Below, in pieces: positions 19,401 to 28,244 of a DNA stretch of 64,000 nt. Source of the DNA: a virus; the IMG/VR virus record IMGVR_UViG_3300036651_001908, positions 59,756-123,755 of that record. One strand, given 5' to 3'. Below the pieces are notes generated by a model. That model did not search any database. It worked only from the letters and a program-made list of their open reading frames with translations, and was not told where the DNA came from. The position numbers were made by a program, and so were the translations under genes. Numbering within the stretch: the stretch's first letter is position 1; each line of letters starts with the position of its first letter.

Positions 19401-21120
19401 GGCACTGCTCCCGACGCCTACTGCTGCCGCCTATTGCTACGTCGCGAACAAGTCTGTCGTCCCACTCTCCGGGTCGGTTTACATCACGATGGATTCGCAG
19501 GCCAACCTCGCATACCCGGTGGTGACCGAGTATGACTCCACCGGTACGGGAGTGGACTACCCGATCGCGTCGAACACTCAGGGAACCCGCTACAAGTTCA
19601 ACGCCACCGCTGTTGCCTACGCCGTCAAGGTTTCCTCTCCGGCTGCGTCGTCACCGGTGCAGGACATCGTCACCTTCATCACCGTCTTCGAGACGGTGGG
19701 ATCAGGGGATGGCCTGAACTCGTGGGCCGAACTTTCACCGGACGGGCTGCGGCTCTACTCGGGGGAGAATCAAAACCCAACCATCGTCCTCTCAGCCTCC
19801 GCCAACGACCTGCTTTCACTCTCGGATTCGGCAGGCGATCAGATCGCAACCATCGACATCGCGGGGAATGCGAGTTTCCAGAATGTGTCGATGCTCGCTG
19901 GGTCAACCATCGATGGCGCCGAATTGGTGCTTGACCCTACCGATGAAGACTTCCCCTCCACCCTTTCTGAGTCCACTCCGAATGGCAATGGGTGGACCCG
20001 TGGCGATGTCACACTGGCTGACGGTTCCGGAGGGACGGTGGCACTTCTTGACCGGCTCGGCCGGGGTGTCATCTACGACGTGACCTGGCCGAGCCAGGAA
20101 GGGCGCACGATCAGCACTCAGTACGCGCGCATCGCACAGGATTCCTTCACTCTGGAGGATGGGCGCTCTTACCTTTTCATTCTTGAACTGGCCGGGTTGC
20201 AACTCCAAAACTCTTCAGGAGTGAACATCTACGTGGAGTTGCAAATGAAAGTCGGTGCTCCCAATACTTCGATCACAGATGGCCAAACGGTTGGCCGGGC
20301 CGTTATCCATAATGGGGATTCGGGTTACTGGTCGATTCCGCCCATTGTTTATTCTGCGTCGAACAACAGCACAGCGATTGATACGGCCAATCGAGTTATT
20401 CCGGCTGGCACCCCCATCTACTGGCAGGTGAATACCAACCTTTCTGCGGCGCCGACCCCCTATACCCTCGCAGAGTTTGGCTTCTCCAGGGGCTTCACCG
20501 TTGTGGATGTGGGCAGTGTCTACCCGACGCACCCGTTGAACGGAACGGATGCTCTGGCGGATGTCCATGACTACTCCACCTCGGGGGGCTCCTCAGGTGG
20601 TACTTCGGGAGGCACCCCTGCTTCTTCCAAGACGGTCACTGGTACAGCGACCTGGAGTCGGACCTGGAACAACTCGGGATCGAACATCGTCTCCGGCAGT
20701 GGGCAGTACACCAACTCGAACGCGCTCTACCAGGGCAATGGCGTCACCGCGATGGGTGGGGAGTTCGGCTTCTCGTCTTCGTTCCTCAGTCAGTTCGCTG
20801 GCAAGACGGTTACCTCAGCAAGCGTTTACCTGAAGAACGCCTACCAGGCCTATTCGGGCAAGTCGGCGTTGATGGGCACCTCGAACCACACGTCGGCCCC
20901 ATCCACTATCTCCGGCCGTGGAAGCAACACCTTCAGCCGGGGGTTCTCGGCAGGTGAGGGCCAGTGGATCCCACTTTCCGGTGCCATTCGAGACGGCCTG
21001 TCCTCGGGGTCGGTGAGTGCATTCCGCGTCGGTGTTGATGGTTCTGACTCGAACTACATGTACTTCGAGGGTGTGGGCTATGGCAGTCACCCCCCGCAGT
21101 TGAAGGTCACATTCTACTGA
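16456..21120 (+). CDS. large tail-tip/central fibre protein (Tal-like, FN3-like and carbohydrate-binding-like domains)
   Basis: 1554 aa; FN3-like segments (ISGLAVGTLYYV), DILANSITANQLAVGAITADKL repeat, C-terminal PPQLKVTFY. TGATG overlap. Confidence 0.85.
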   Translation: MGDWTGTTPWTGSRTWGPDGASVGLTGSGSLHIAVSTSPSMGGSGSLAVSRATPAIKPAVALTGAGVLSLLTSVAMTSPQVLYGYPSSLEFRVTKYTTARTTPTVYDEVLNGPLAGSWLDELVGPGSGTLTLSTQHPKVLADPTLLAQRNWITALRDGQVVGRFILQTKELVLAGSNGDMADRLWTISGEGLRTLLHDAVVFPENGQVGKTTGTTRYFNFATVMKSRWYNSSQWVAPHSGPNYLAKNSYFLKYPAGYPIAQGQWIWGSTRDANGHAAVGYNYFRCEFTATVSDSSQTYSFYAAGDDALNLYLDGIPIANTAVGQKSWANVVAVEGISLTQGAHVLSAQVYNAQGRAGFMACVRQDANDSTSTAIKTLSYTGDSHWKVNAYPSQEPGWTIGEVLLQLWGEAQTRGVDFPAQLRPTFSENTDSAGVAWPSTGSYSFPLNTDYSDMLAQMEAMGCEAWVDPSTLTFNVYVVKGIDYSVVASYPNPPTLQIGQNLTATDETSTAALKNGLLVQAADGWTYQTDSNSLSTFGRIEGGTQVSVNLNQASTIISKTFSLMSTPQVSTTYQIIDTGNIKPGIDFTLGDWIMAPAMNVDPNTLARRRVMSITYALDTSNNNPNVVYAVELDTVYQDHITTLTNLISKLNNQDTVTGAKTSKAVPSTGAGAPIGAGSSPATRSALYAPTSFAVGTITGTYDSNGNPTCALALSWVCPVDDEGNDQDVAHYEIYGSTPTVAWALLSRVDGANLTTTLNVTPVQSWTLGVRAVAAWDAGLLSDFSNMVTVTSIKPGTALDPPTAPTLATDKGTITAHWDGKLINSGGVSYTPPVQFKNVSCYIYTNSPSESDIHQVAGLLQGAGAVVISGLAVGTLYYVVFFANDNGGLSSAQSAPASVTVIGITGPDILANSITANQLAVGAITADKLDVGTVPQGNQYNRVPNPLSNTAYWSLVVSSTNAFNLGGSANATALAAVGAVPAGLALLPTPTAAAYCYVANKSVVPLSGSVYITMDSQANLAYPVVTEYDSTGTGVDYPIASNTQGTRYKFNATAVAYAVKVSSPAASSPVQDIVTFITVFETVGSGDGLNSWAELSPDGLRLYSGENQNPTIVLSASANDLLSLSDSAGDQIATIDIAGNASFQNVSMLAGSTIDGAELVLDPTDEDFPSTLSESTPNGNGWTRGDVTLADGSGGTVALLDRLGRGVIYDVTWPSQEGRTISTQYARIAQDSFTLEDGRSYLFILELAGLQLQNSSGVNIYVELQMKVGAPNTSITDGQTVGRAVIHNGDSGYWSIPPIVYSASNNSTAIDTANRVIPAGTPIYWQVNTNLSAAPTPYTLAEFGFSRGFTVVDVGSVYPTHPLNGTDALADVHDYSTSGGSSGGTSGGTPASSKTVTGTATWSRTWNNSGSNIVSGSGQYTNSNALYQGNGVTAMGGEFGFSSSFLSQFAGKTVTSASVYLKNAYQAYSGKSALMGTSNHTSAPSTISGRGSNTFSRGFSAGEGQWIPLSGAIRDGLSSGSVSAFRVGVDGSDSNYMYFEGVGYGSHPPQLKVTFY

Positions 21121-21121
21121 T

Positions 21122-21129
21122 CCGATAGT
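21122..21129 (+). promoter_or_regulatory. putative phage-sigma -10 element CCGATAGT
   Basis: Immediately after the tail-tip stop codon, upstream of the lysis-region gene. Confidence 0.6.
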
Positions 21130-21198
21130 AGTAGACGGAGAAACCTCAATTTCCGGGCCTTCTCCCATGCCGCTCACAGCGATCTAAGGGGGACACCC

Positions 21199-21759
21199 AT
21201 GTCGTTCATTACTGGTGCACAACTTGCGCGCTTGCTGAATGACTATGGCCCTACCGTCGCCTTTCTCACCCTTTTCGTTGTCTCCATCACCGCCCTGATC
21301 CTGATGTGGAAGCCGGTCTCGAAGTTCATGACCGCGGTCAACCTCATCATCGCGCTTCCGAAGCGCATGGACGAGCAGGACGCATTGGTCGCGGAGGGGC
21401 AAACCAAGGTCGCAGAGATGCACAAGGATCTGGACACGCACATCAAGGAAGGTGCGCCCTGGATCACGAAGTTGGATGAGGTGGAGAAGCAGGTCCACGT
21501 CGTTCTCCAGCAGCAGGCGGAGGTCGTCCACGAGGTGAAGCCCAATAGCGGGACCTCGATGAAGGATGCGCTGAACCGCATCGAGAATGAAGTTCTACCG
21601 GCGTTGGCGAAGCAGATGTCGGCGTTGGGCGCTGCTGAGAAGAAGCAGTCCACCCGCGTCAACGATCGTCACGACGCGGAGGACGAGCAGGCTGCGGCGA
21701 AGCCCGCGCCCCGTCGTCGGGCACTACGCAAGCCGACCGATAGTACCGAAGAGCCCTGA
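21199..21759 (+). CDS. membrane protein, lysis cassette
   Basis: One N-terminal TM helix, a coiled coil and EVKPNSGTSMKDAL, a motif common in actinophage lysis-region membrane proteins. Confidence 0.75.
   Translation: MSFITGAQLARLLNDYGPTVAFLTLFVVSITALILMWKPVSKFMTAVNLIIALPKRMDEQDALVAEGQTKVAEMHKDLDTHIKEGAPWITKLDEVEKQVHVVLQQQAEVVHEVKPNSGTSMKDALNRIENEVLPALAKQMSALGAAEKKQSTRVNDRHDAEDEQAAAKPAPRRRALRKPTDSTEEP
21737..21744 (+). promoter_or_regulatory. putative phage-sigma -10 element CCGATAGT
   Basis: 25 bp upstream of the holin ATG and its GAGGAGG RBS. Confidence 0.6.
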
Positions 21760-21769
21760 GGAGGACCCC

Positions 21770-22345
21770 ATGAGAAATCTTCTTTCCAAGGTCTGGTGGG
21801 AGGCCGCTGGTGGTCGTGCTCTACGCACGGCGATCGTCGTCACCCTGCCGTACCTGCCAGCCATCTACGTCGGCCAGATCCCGTATCTGGTCATCCTCTC
21901 CACCGCGGGTCTCGCGGCCATCCTCTCGCTGCTCACCTCGGTGGTGGGGCTGCCTGAGGTTGATGGCAAGAACCCTGTCTGGTGGTTCGCCATCGCAGAG
22001 CGTGTGGTCAAGACCATCGCGCAGGCGATCGTCGCCGGGATCGGCAACGCTGTGCTGATCCAGGATGTGCACTGGCCGAACATCCTCCAGGCTGCTCTCG
22101 CTGCGGGCTTCGGCTCGCTCCTGTTCGCGTTCCTGAAGGATCTGCCTGAGACCACCGTGCCGACGGCAGTCACTCCTGTCGCTCCCATCCCGGTCATCAT
22201 CAGTGGCCCTGTCACCACGACCTCCGGTGCTGTGAGTGCGAACGTGACCTATACATCCAACCCCGCATCGGCTACAGTGCCCACCGACTCGGCGCCCGCC
22301 GAGATTCCAACCAAGGAGACAGTCCTCGATGAACCCGCTCAGTGA
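21770..22345 (+). CDS. holin (two tandem r1t-type holin domains)
   Basis: WWEAAGGRALRT...SLLTSVVGLPE and WWFAIAERVVKTIAQA...LPE. Confidence 0.8.
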   Translation: MRNLLSKVWWEAAGGRALRTAIVVTLPYLPAIYVGQIPYLVILSTAGLAAILSLLTSVVGLPEVDGKNPVWWFAIAERVVKTIAQAIVAGIGNAVLIQDVHWPNILQAALAAGFGSLLFAFLKDLPETTVPTAVTPVAPIPVIISGPVTTTSGAVSANVTYTSNPASATVPTDSAPAEIPTKETVLDEPAQ

Positions 22346-22427
22346 CAACGACGCTCTAGAGAACGTGGACGGCTACGCCTGCCCGATCGATCCCATGGAC
22401 CGTCTGGGCTGCGACTCCTGTCAGTGA
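22329..22427 (+). CDS. 32-aa peptide ending ACPIDPMDRLGCDSCQ (RNR C-terminal redox-tail-like)
   Basis: AAGGAG RBS at 22313-22318; ORF ends just before a terminator; too short for the supplied ORF track. Confidence 0.7.
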   Translation: MNPLSDNDALENVDGYACPIDPMDRLGCDSCQ

Positions 22428-22464
22428 TGTATACTGACAGGTAGGCCGTCTGCCCGTGCCCCTG

Positions 22465-22500
22465 AAGCCCCCGTCCTCACCCTGAGGACGGGGGCTTTGG
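22465..22500 (+). terminator. intrinsic terminator ending the late/lysis operon
   Basis: 15-bp perfect stem AAGCCCCCGTCCTCA/TGAGGACGGGGGCTT. Confidence 0.85.
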
Positions 22501-22515
22501 TGTGCTATACTCAAG

Positions 22516-22670
22516 GCACGACCCCTTGACCATGGATGTGGGGGTTGCCCCGCCTTCGGCCCCCGGTGAAGAGACTGCGTCTTAGTATCCGGGGGCCGTC
22601 GTGCATCTATCGACCTACATGCACGCGACACGCCGTGGGGCCAAAAATCGTTACCTCATTTTGTGGCCAT
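22516..22670 (+). ncRNA. candidate structured ncRNA or leader
   Basis: Extended -10 TGCTATACT at 22503-22511 followed by several nested stems and no convincing ORF. Confidence 0.3.
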
Positions 22671-22695
22671 CCCCAGGCAAATTATGCTATAAGGC

Positions 22696-22848
22696 ATGGC
22701 CCCCATCCCCGAGTCCACCGAACTCATGGTGACCCACGCCAGCGAAGCGTTCATGGAGGACTTCCGGTACGCGGAAGCCATCGCCCGCGCAGCCGTCGCC
22801 CTTCTAGCCCGTCGCGAGGTGCACCCCGGTACTGCTACCGTGGTGTAG
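22696..22848 (+). CDS. 50-aa hypothetical protein (leaderless)
   Basis: TATGCT-N7-ATG; stop codon abuts the helicase ATG. Confidence 0.6.
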   Translation: MAPIPESTELMVTHASEAFMEDFRYAEAIARAAVALLARREVHPGTATVV

Positions 22849-24525
22849 ATGCTGAGATACGACACACGCAACTTCTCGAACTCGCAGCGTGAGGCCCTGG
22901 CCTGGAAGGCGCACGAGTACAAGGACTTCGCGCTCCCTCCGCTGACCGCCTGGAACTATGCCCTCTGCCGGAAGCACCGCAACGGCTGGGTAGAACAAGA
23001 TTTCAACGAGGCCGGTGAGGTCACCGCCGAGCGCACCGTGTACGACCGGCCCATGCCGGGCTGCCGCCAGTGTGGGATCCACTTCCGCAAGCACCAGCGG
23101 GTCAGCATCATGTGGCTTTATCTGAAGAAGAGAGCCCTCCTCGCTGACACCATGGGCACCGGCAAGACCACGAGCGCTGCCGGGCTCATCGCCCTCCTTC
23201 TAGAGACCGGGGAACTCCCGGAGGTGGGCCGCGTCGTCATCGTCCCTCGGGCACCGGCGCTGTACCAGTGGCGGGAGGAACTGCTGCGGATGATCCCGGG
23301 GCTGGACATCGCCATGGCGGAGGGCACGAAGCGCAAGCGGATGGAGACCTACTCCAGCGAGTGGCAGGTGCTCCTCATCGGCCCCGAGATGCTGAGGCAG
23401 AAAGATGATTTCGCTGCACTCCGGCACATCCCGCTGGCTGCCCTCATCTGTGACGACATCGACCCGCTCCGCAACCCGGATACCGAGACCTCGTACACCC
23501 TGGACAAGTTGGGGGAGCAAGCCGACCGGTACGTGATCATGTCTGGCACCCCGCTCCAGAAGCGTCTCCCGGAACTGCACGCCGTTCTCGACGGCATTGG
23601 TGGCCTGGGTGCTCTGGGAGGTTTGGACGCCTTCACCCGACGCTACGTTCGCAGTGAGTGGGTGGTGGACCACGACCGCTCCGGCCGGGAGTTCAAGCGG
23701 CAGCAGATCGTGGGCTACCAGAACCTCGATGAACTCAAGCGGAAGATGGCTCCCCTCGTGCTGCGCCGCACCGCCGACGACCTCGATGACGTGGACCTCC
23801 CCGCCATCCAGCCGGAGGACGTGTTCCTCTCGCTCTACCCATCGCAGCGCGCGAAGTATGACGAACTCCGTCAGGGCGTCATCCGGATCATGAAGGAGCA
23901 GGGCACGGAGGTCAAGCACACCACCGCGCTCTCCCGCATCCACTACGGAGCAGCCATCTGCGCCGGGCTCGCTGCCCTGGGTGAGCCGGACGGTCCGCGC
24001 ACCAGCGTGAAGTTGGACTGGATCGAGAGCAAGTTGATGGACGGGGGTGACCTGGAGGACGAGAAGGTGGTCATCTTCGCCCGGCTGAAGAACTCGGTCC
24101 GCGCGCTCCAGGCCCGGCTCACCGCCCGGGGCATCGGCTTCGAGACGGTGTGGGGTGACGAGCCCGACAAGCGGAAGCGGCATGCCAGTCAGCAGAGGTT
24201 CTGGGAGGACCCAGCCTGCCGGGTGATGATCGGTACCAGCGCCATGGAGCAGAGCCTGAACCTCCAGGTCAGCCGTCACCTCATCAACGCCGACATGATC
24301 CTGAACCCTGCGCGTATGGCACAGTTGGCAGGCCGCATCCGGCGAGACGGCAGCGCATACCGCACGGTGTATGTACACAACCTGCTCACACATGACACCC
24401 AGGAGGCGCGGTACCTCGCCGTGCTGGAGCGGGAGGCGGCGCTGGCCAGCCACATCTGGGACGAGACGGACGAACTCTTCCGCTCGCTCTCCTCCACCGA
24501 ACTGCTTCGCCTGATCACGGGCTGA
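22849..24525 (+). CDS. SNF2-family (SF2) DNA helicase
   Basis: LLADTMGTGKT Walker A, SGTP, SLNLQ, QLAGRIRR; atypical Walker B CDDID. Confidence 0.9.
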   Translation: MLRYDTRNFSNSQREALAWKAHEYKDFALPPLTAWNYALCRKHRNGWVEQDFNEAGEVTAERTVYDRPMPGCRQCGIHFRKHQRVSIMWLYLKKRALLADTMGTGKTTSAAGLIALLLETGELPEVGRVVIVPRAPALYQWREELLRMIPGLDIAMAEGTKRKRMETYSSEWQVLLIGPEMLRQKDDFAALRHIPLAALICDDIDPLRNPDTETSYTLDKLGEQADRYVIMSGTPLQKRLPELHAVLDGIGGLGALGGLDAFTRRYVRSEWVVDHDRSGREFKRQQIVGYQNLDELKRKMAPLVLRRTADDLDDVDLPAIQPEDVFLSLYPSQRAKYDELRQGVIRIMKEQGTEVKHTTALSRIHYGAAICAGLAALGEPDGPRTSVKLDWIESKLMDGGDLEDEKVVIFARLKNSVRALQARLTARGIGFETVWGDEPDKRKRHASQQRFWEDPACRVMIGTSAMEQSLNLQVSRHLINADMILNPARMAQLAGRIRRDGSAYRTVYVHNLLTHDTQEARYLAVLEREAALASHIWDETDELFRSLSSTELLRLITG

Positions 24526-24588
24526 AATCATGAAACCCGAGAGCCACCGCCGTGTGGCATACCCTATCCCGACCGAAGGAGGCTTCCG

Positions 24589-24879
24589 GTGACAGATTCC
24601 GATGAGCAGGAGTTGGCTGCCGCTGCTCTAGAGGACGCGCTCCTCAGGTACATGCGGGCCCGGACCGACAACTCAGAGACCATGGTTCTAGAGGGATACA
24701 TCTTCGAGGCCTTCGGGCGCACGATGGAGAACCTGGACAACCACGAGACCAGCCACATCTGGGGACACATGGACAGCCAGCCGGTGCACATCACCATCGG
24801 GCTGGCCGAGATGCTGAAGTTGACCGTGAAGGATTGGTTCCTCAACGGTGAGCCCCGAGATGGTGACGACGACGACTGA
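24589..24879 (+). CDS. hypothetical protein
   Basis: AAGGAGG RBS; TGATG overlap with the sigma gene. Confidence 0.7.
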   Translation: MTDSDEQELAAAALEDALLRYMRARTDNSETMVLEGYIFEAFGRTMENLDNHETSHIWGHMDSQPVHITIGLAEMLKLTVKDWFLNGEPRDGDDDD

Positions 24880-25610
24880 TGCTCGACGCAGTTCGGGCGG
24901 AGTTGGTTCGGAAGAACGTCGCCCTCGCCCGCTATCTAGCACGGGTTGCGTACGAGCGCAACCCGACAGAACTAGAACTTGACGAGGTGACCTCCATCGC
25001 CTACCAGGGGCTGGTGACCGCCGCCATCCGCTGGGACCCCATCGGGCAGAACATCGATGAAGAAGGCCTCCGTGAGACGGCCAAACACCCTTCCGGAAGA
25101 GCGTTTGCAGGGTATGCTCGACAGCGGATCGTGGGGGAGATACTGGATTGGCAGCGACGACGCGACCACGTTCAGCGATCCTACCGCACCATCTACAAAA
25201 CCCTGATCGCAGCCGGGTTTACCGGCTCCTTCGATCAGGGGCCGTCCGCGAAGACGCTGGCCGCGAAGTTGGGGCTAGACGAAGAACGGGTACGTCGTGT
25301 AGTATATGCCGTACACGCATCACCCGTAAGCGTGGAAACAGTTCAGGACGAGACACAGGTATCCCATGCCGAATATGATTTCGAGTCTTCCGCCGTGGAG
25401 ACCTCGATCAAGCAAGCCGTCGTGCTCGCCTTGCAGCAACTGCCTACGGTTCAACGCCACGTAGTTGCACTGCGCTACTATCGCGGGTGGGAATTTCAAG
25501 CGATAGCAGTTGAGTTAGGCGTCAGCCTCCCTGTAGTTCGTGAAGCACACTCTGAAGGAGTGATTGCTTTACATGCTGCAATGCGCCGACGCGCCCAGGA
25601 GTCCTCCTAG
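24879..25610 (+). CDS. RNA polymerase sigma factor, FliA/WhiG (sigma-28)-like
   Basis: GLVTAAIRWDP, FAGYARQRIVGEILDWQRRRDHVQRSYR (region 2), and a region-4 HTH VALRYY..WEFQAIAVELGVS. Confidence 0.9.
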   Translation: MLDAVRAELVRKNVALARYLARVAYERNPTELELDEVTSIAYQGLVTAAIRWDPIGQNIDEEGLRETAKHPSGRAFAGYARQRIVGEILDWQRRRDHVQRSYRTIYKTLIAAGFTGSFDQGPSAKTLAAKLGLDEERVRRVVYAVHASPVSVETVQDETQVSHAEYDFESSAVETSIKQAVVLALQQLPTVQRHVVALRYYRGWEFQAIAVELGVSLPVVREAHSEGVIALHAAMRRRAQESS

Positions 25611-25673
25611 ACATTGATGCCTCCAGTTTGCTTTCCTCACCTGTAGATTTGCCCCACGAAGGAGTGACCCCGG

Positions 25674-25916
25674 ATGGTCAACAGTGATACCCCTAAGGCC
25701 CCCAAGACGGTGGAAGAAGTCATCGCCTACCTGGAGAACGCCCTCGATGAGATGCGGCGAGACGACACTCCTGACCAACTCGCCGGGATCGATCCGGACA
25801 CCGCCTTCGAACTGGGTTACGAGACGGCGATCTTCGACCTTCGCCATGCGGCAGACGTTCCCGAGATGGGCATCATCGAGTTCGAGTTCCAGAAGAGAGA
25901 AGAGGTGGGTGACTAA
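25674..25916 (+). CDS. hypothetical protein
   Basis: AAGGAG RBS, acidic composition, gene packing. Confidence 0.7.
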   Translation: MVNSDTPKAPKTVEEVIAYLENALDEMRRDDTPDQLAGIDPDTAFELGYETAIFDLRHAADVPEMGIIEFEFQKREEVGD

Positions 25917-26182
25917 TGCCTCGTAAGATCCCGGCGCCGTTCAAGCGACCCAGTATCAACCTAGAGGACACGGGCCGGTCGTGGCAACATCTCCCAGCGT
26001 TCTATGTGCAAGCGGGGGACATCGTGGCGGACCTCGGTCTCGTCGGTGAGGTGATGCACGCCGGTGGGATCCTCAACTACGTGGTGATCACCAACCGGTT
26101 CGGGGACAGCAAGCGCTTCGAGCCGCACGAGCAGGTCTTCGCCTTCGTGCCGCACGGTACGCCCACCTCTCTACCCGAGTAG
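25916..26182 (+). CDS. hypothetical protein
   Basis: TAATG overlap, codon usage. Confidence 0.7.
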   Translation: MPRKIPAPFKRPSINLEDTGRSWQHLPAFYVQAGDIVADLGLVGEVMHAGGILNYVVITNRFGDSKRFEPHEQVFAFVPHGTPTSLPE

Positions 26183-26188
26183 CCGACC

Positions 26189-27652
26189 ATGGCCGATGCT
26201 CGTGAGCATGCGGCGGTGATCTTCGCGGCGCTGATCCCTGGTCGGAAAGACCTGCTCGATTCAGCCCGCGGTCAACTCACCCCCGAGCACTTCCCGGACG
26301 CCGTCCAGCGGCAGTTCTGGAAGATCATCTCCTACTACGCCGAGCGCACCGGCAGCGTCCTGACGGACACCGCGCTCAGCGACATCACCCGGACCCTCGA
26401 CGCTGGCAAGCAGGCGCTGTACCAGCAGGTGTTCGACAGCGCGTTCAAGCGCACGGTGGGCGACGACGACTTCACCTGGTCCCTCGACCAGATCCGGGAA
26501 CTCGCAGCCGACCAGGCCACCGCAGCGGTCCTCGCCACCTCGCAGCAGATCCTCCGGCAAGGCTGGGAAGACCCCACCGGCACGACGTTGCAGGGGCAGG
26601 AGGATGCCCGCACCTACCTGCTGGAAGCCCTGGCCGCGATCGACGCTGATCTGCTCCACCAGGCTTCACCCGAGGGCACGATCCAGGACGATGAGGACCG
26701 GTTCCTCAAGCAGTACGCACAGCGCAAACAAGATTTTCAGAGCGGTGTCAGCCATGGCATCGGCTTCGGCCTCCGCGACCTGGACGAGAAGGTGGGCGGC
26801 CTCCAGCCTGGTGACCTCGTGCTCATTGCGGGCTACTCGTCGGACGGCAAGTCCTCCATGGCTGTGCAGTTGGCCTGGAGCGCAGCCGTGGAGCAGGGGA
26901 GGAACGTCCTCTTCTTCACGACCGAGACGGTGTACGAGACGACCGAGCGGAGGATCTTCGCCCGGCACAGCAAGCAGCCGGTGTTCGGACTCCGTGAGGG
27001 TCTGGACACCAAGGATCTAAAACTCGGACGGCTGAAGCCCCACGAGGAGCAGGCGCTGCCCATCGTGGTCGGGGACCTCGCGCGCAACCCGGCGTACGGG
27101 AAGATCCACATCAAGCAGGTGCCCCGGCAGGCCAACATCGCCACGCTGGAAGCGCACGCCATGACGGTCTCCCGGCAGATGAAGATCGACCTCATCGTGA
27201 TCGACTACCTGGCGCTGCTCTCCTCCGACTCCCGGCGCACCACCGACCGTGAGTCTCTAGCCGGGATCATCAAGGCCAGCAAGGTCTGGGCCACCACCTT
27301 CGACAACGGCCGGGGTGTGCCGATCGTCAGCCCGTGGCAGGTGAACCGTGCCTCCCGAGACGCAGCGCTCAGGGACGGCTACTACTCCTCCTCCGCGCTG
27401 GCTGACACGGCGGAGGCCACGAACTCCTCCGACGTGATCGTGAGCCTGCTGGCACCGGCTGACAACGAGGGCCGCTACGCCGAGGTGCGGGGCCAGGTGC
27501 TGAAGAACCGAGACGGTCAGACCAGCAACTCGCTCCTGCTGGACGTGGACTACGCCACCAGCACGTTCACGTCCAAGGCGTCCATCTCCTTCGACAGTTT
27601 CGCTGCGGCAGCGGGCGCGACGGCAGAGGGTCTGGACGACCTCCTGCAATGA
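26189..27652 (+). CDS. dnaB: DnaB-like replicative helicase
   Basis: GGLQPGDLVLIAGYSSDGKS Walker A, IVIDYL Walker B, QVNR, KNRDG. Confidence 0.92.
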   Translation: MADAREHAAVIFAALIPGRKDLLDSARGQLTPEHFPDAVQRQFWKIISYYAERTGSVLTDTALSDITRTLDAGKQALYQQVFDSAFKRTVGDDDFTWSLDQIRELAADQATAAVLATSQQILRQGWEDPTGTTLQGQEDARTYLLEALAAIDADLLHQASPEGTIQDDEDRFLKQYAQRKQDFQSGVSHGIGFGLRDLDEKVGGLQPGDLVLIAGYSSDGKSSMAVQLAWSAAVEQGRNVLFFTTETVYETTERRIFARHSKQPVFGLREGLDTKDLKLGRLKPHEEQALPIVVGDLARNPAYGKIHIKQVPRQANIATLEAHAMTVSRQMKIDLIVIDYLALLSSDSRRTTDRESLAGIIKASKVWATTFDNGRGVPIVSPWQVNRASRDAALRDGYYSSSALADTAEATNSSDVIVSLLAPADNEGRYAEVRGQVLKNRDGQTSNSLLLDVDYATSTFTSKASISFDSFAAAAGATAEGLDDLLQ

Positions 27653-27795
27653 CGCTCCGGGCCGAAGACGCCCCGGGGTACATCGCGGACCTGATCCGGA
27701 CAGCGGAACATCATCTGGAGCAGGCACACGGACTGCTGGACGCAGCAGAGCAGATCATGAAGAAGATGGCGGACGGGGAGAAGATCAGTCTATGA
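27649..27795 (+). CDS. 48-aa hypothetical protein
   Basis: ATGA overlap with dnaB; fills the gap. Confidence 0.55.
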   Translation: MTLRAEDAPGYIADLIRTAEHHLEQAHGLLDAAEQIMKKMADGEKISL

Positions 27796-27803
27796 TACAG
27801 GGC

Positions 27804-28244
27804 ATGCAGAACCGCACCCTCTGGCACGCACCGGACCTGACGATGGTGGACGAGCCGCTACTGCTGTCTCTAGTCAAGTACCGGCTACACAAGGACCGGC
27901 AGTTGCTCCCGCCCTTCCCGGAGTTCGAGGCGCAGGCAAATCTTGTTTCCTCGTACACCCTGGACGACAAGCAGATGCCGATCCTCGACCTGGACTTCGA
28001 CCACCTCGTGGTGGAGTCCACCACCGACGGGCACCACCACCTGTACATCAACGTGCCGATGAGCCGGATGAAGTGGCGCGTCCTCATGCTCGTGCTGTGG
28101 TGGACCGGCGTGGTGGAGATGGGCAACGCGGTCTGGTCTCTTCGTCGCGGGGCGAACTTCGTCCGTCCGCCTCAGGTGAAGAAGACAGCGGTCGAGAGCG
28201 TCAAACCGACGTACGGCTGGATCTTCAAACTCAAGGAGCACTGA
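27804..28244 (+). CDS. hypothetical protein with AEP primase-like motifs (leaderless)
   Basis: ILDLD...STTDGHHHLY; TATGAT-N7-ATG. Confidence 0.6.
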   Translation: MQNRTLWHAPDLTMVDEPLLLSLVKYRLHKDRQLLPPFPEFEAQANLVSSYTLDDKQMPILDLDFDHLVVESTTDGHHHLYINVPMSRMKWRVLMLVLWWTGVVEMGNAVWSLRRGANFVRPPQVKKTAVESVKPTYGWIFKLKEH

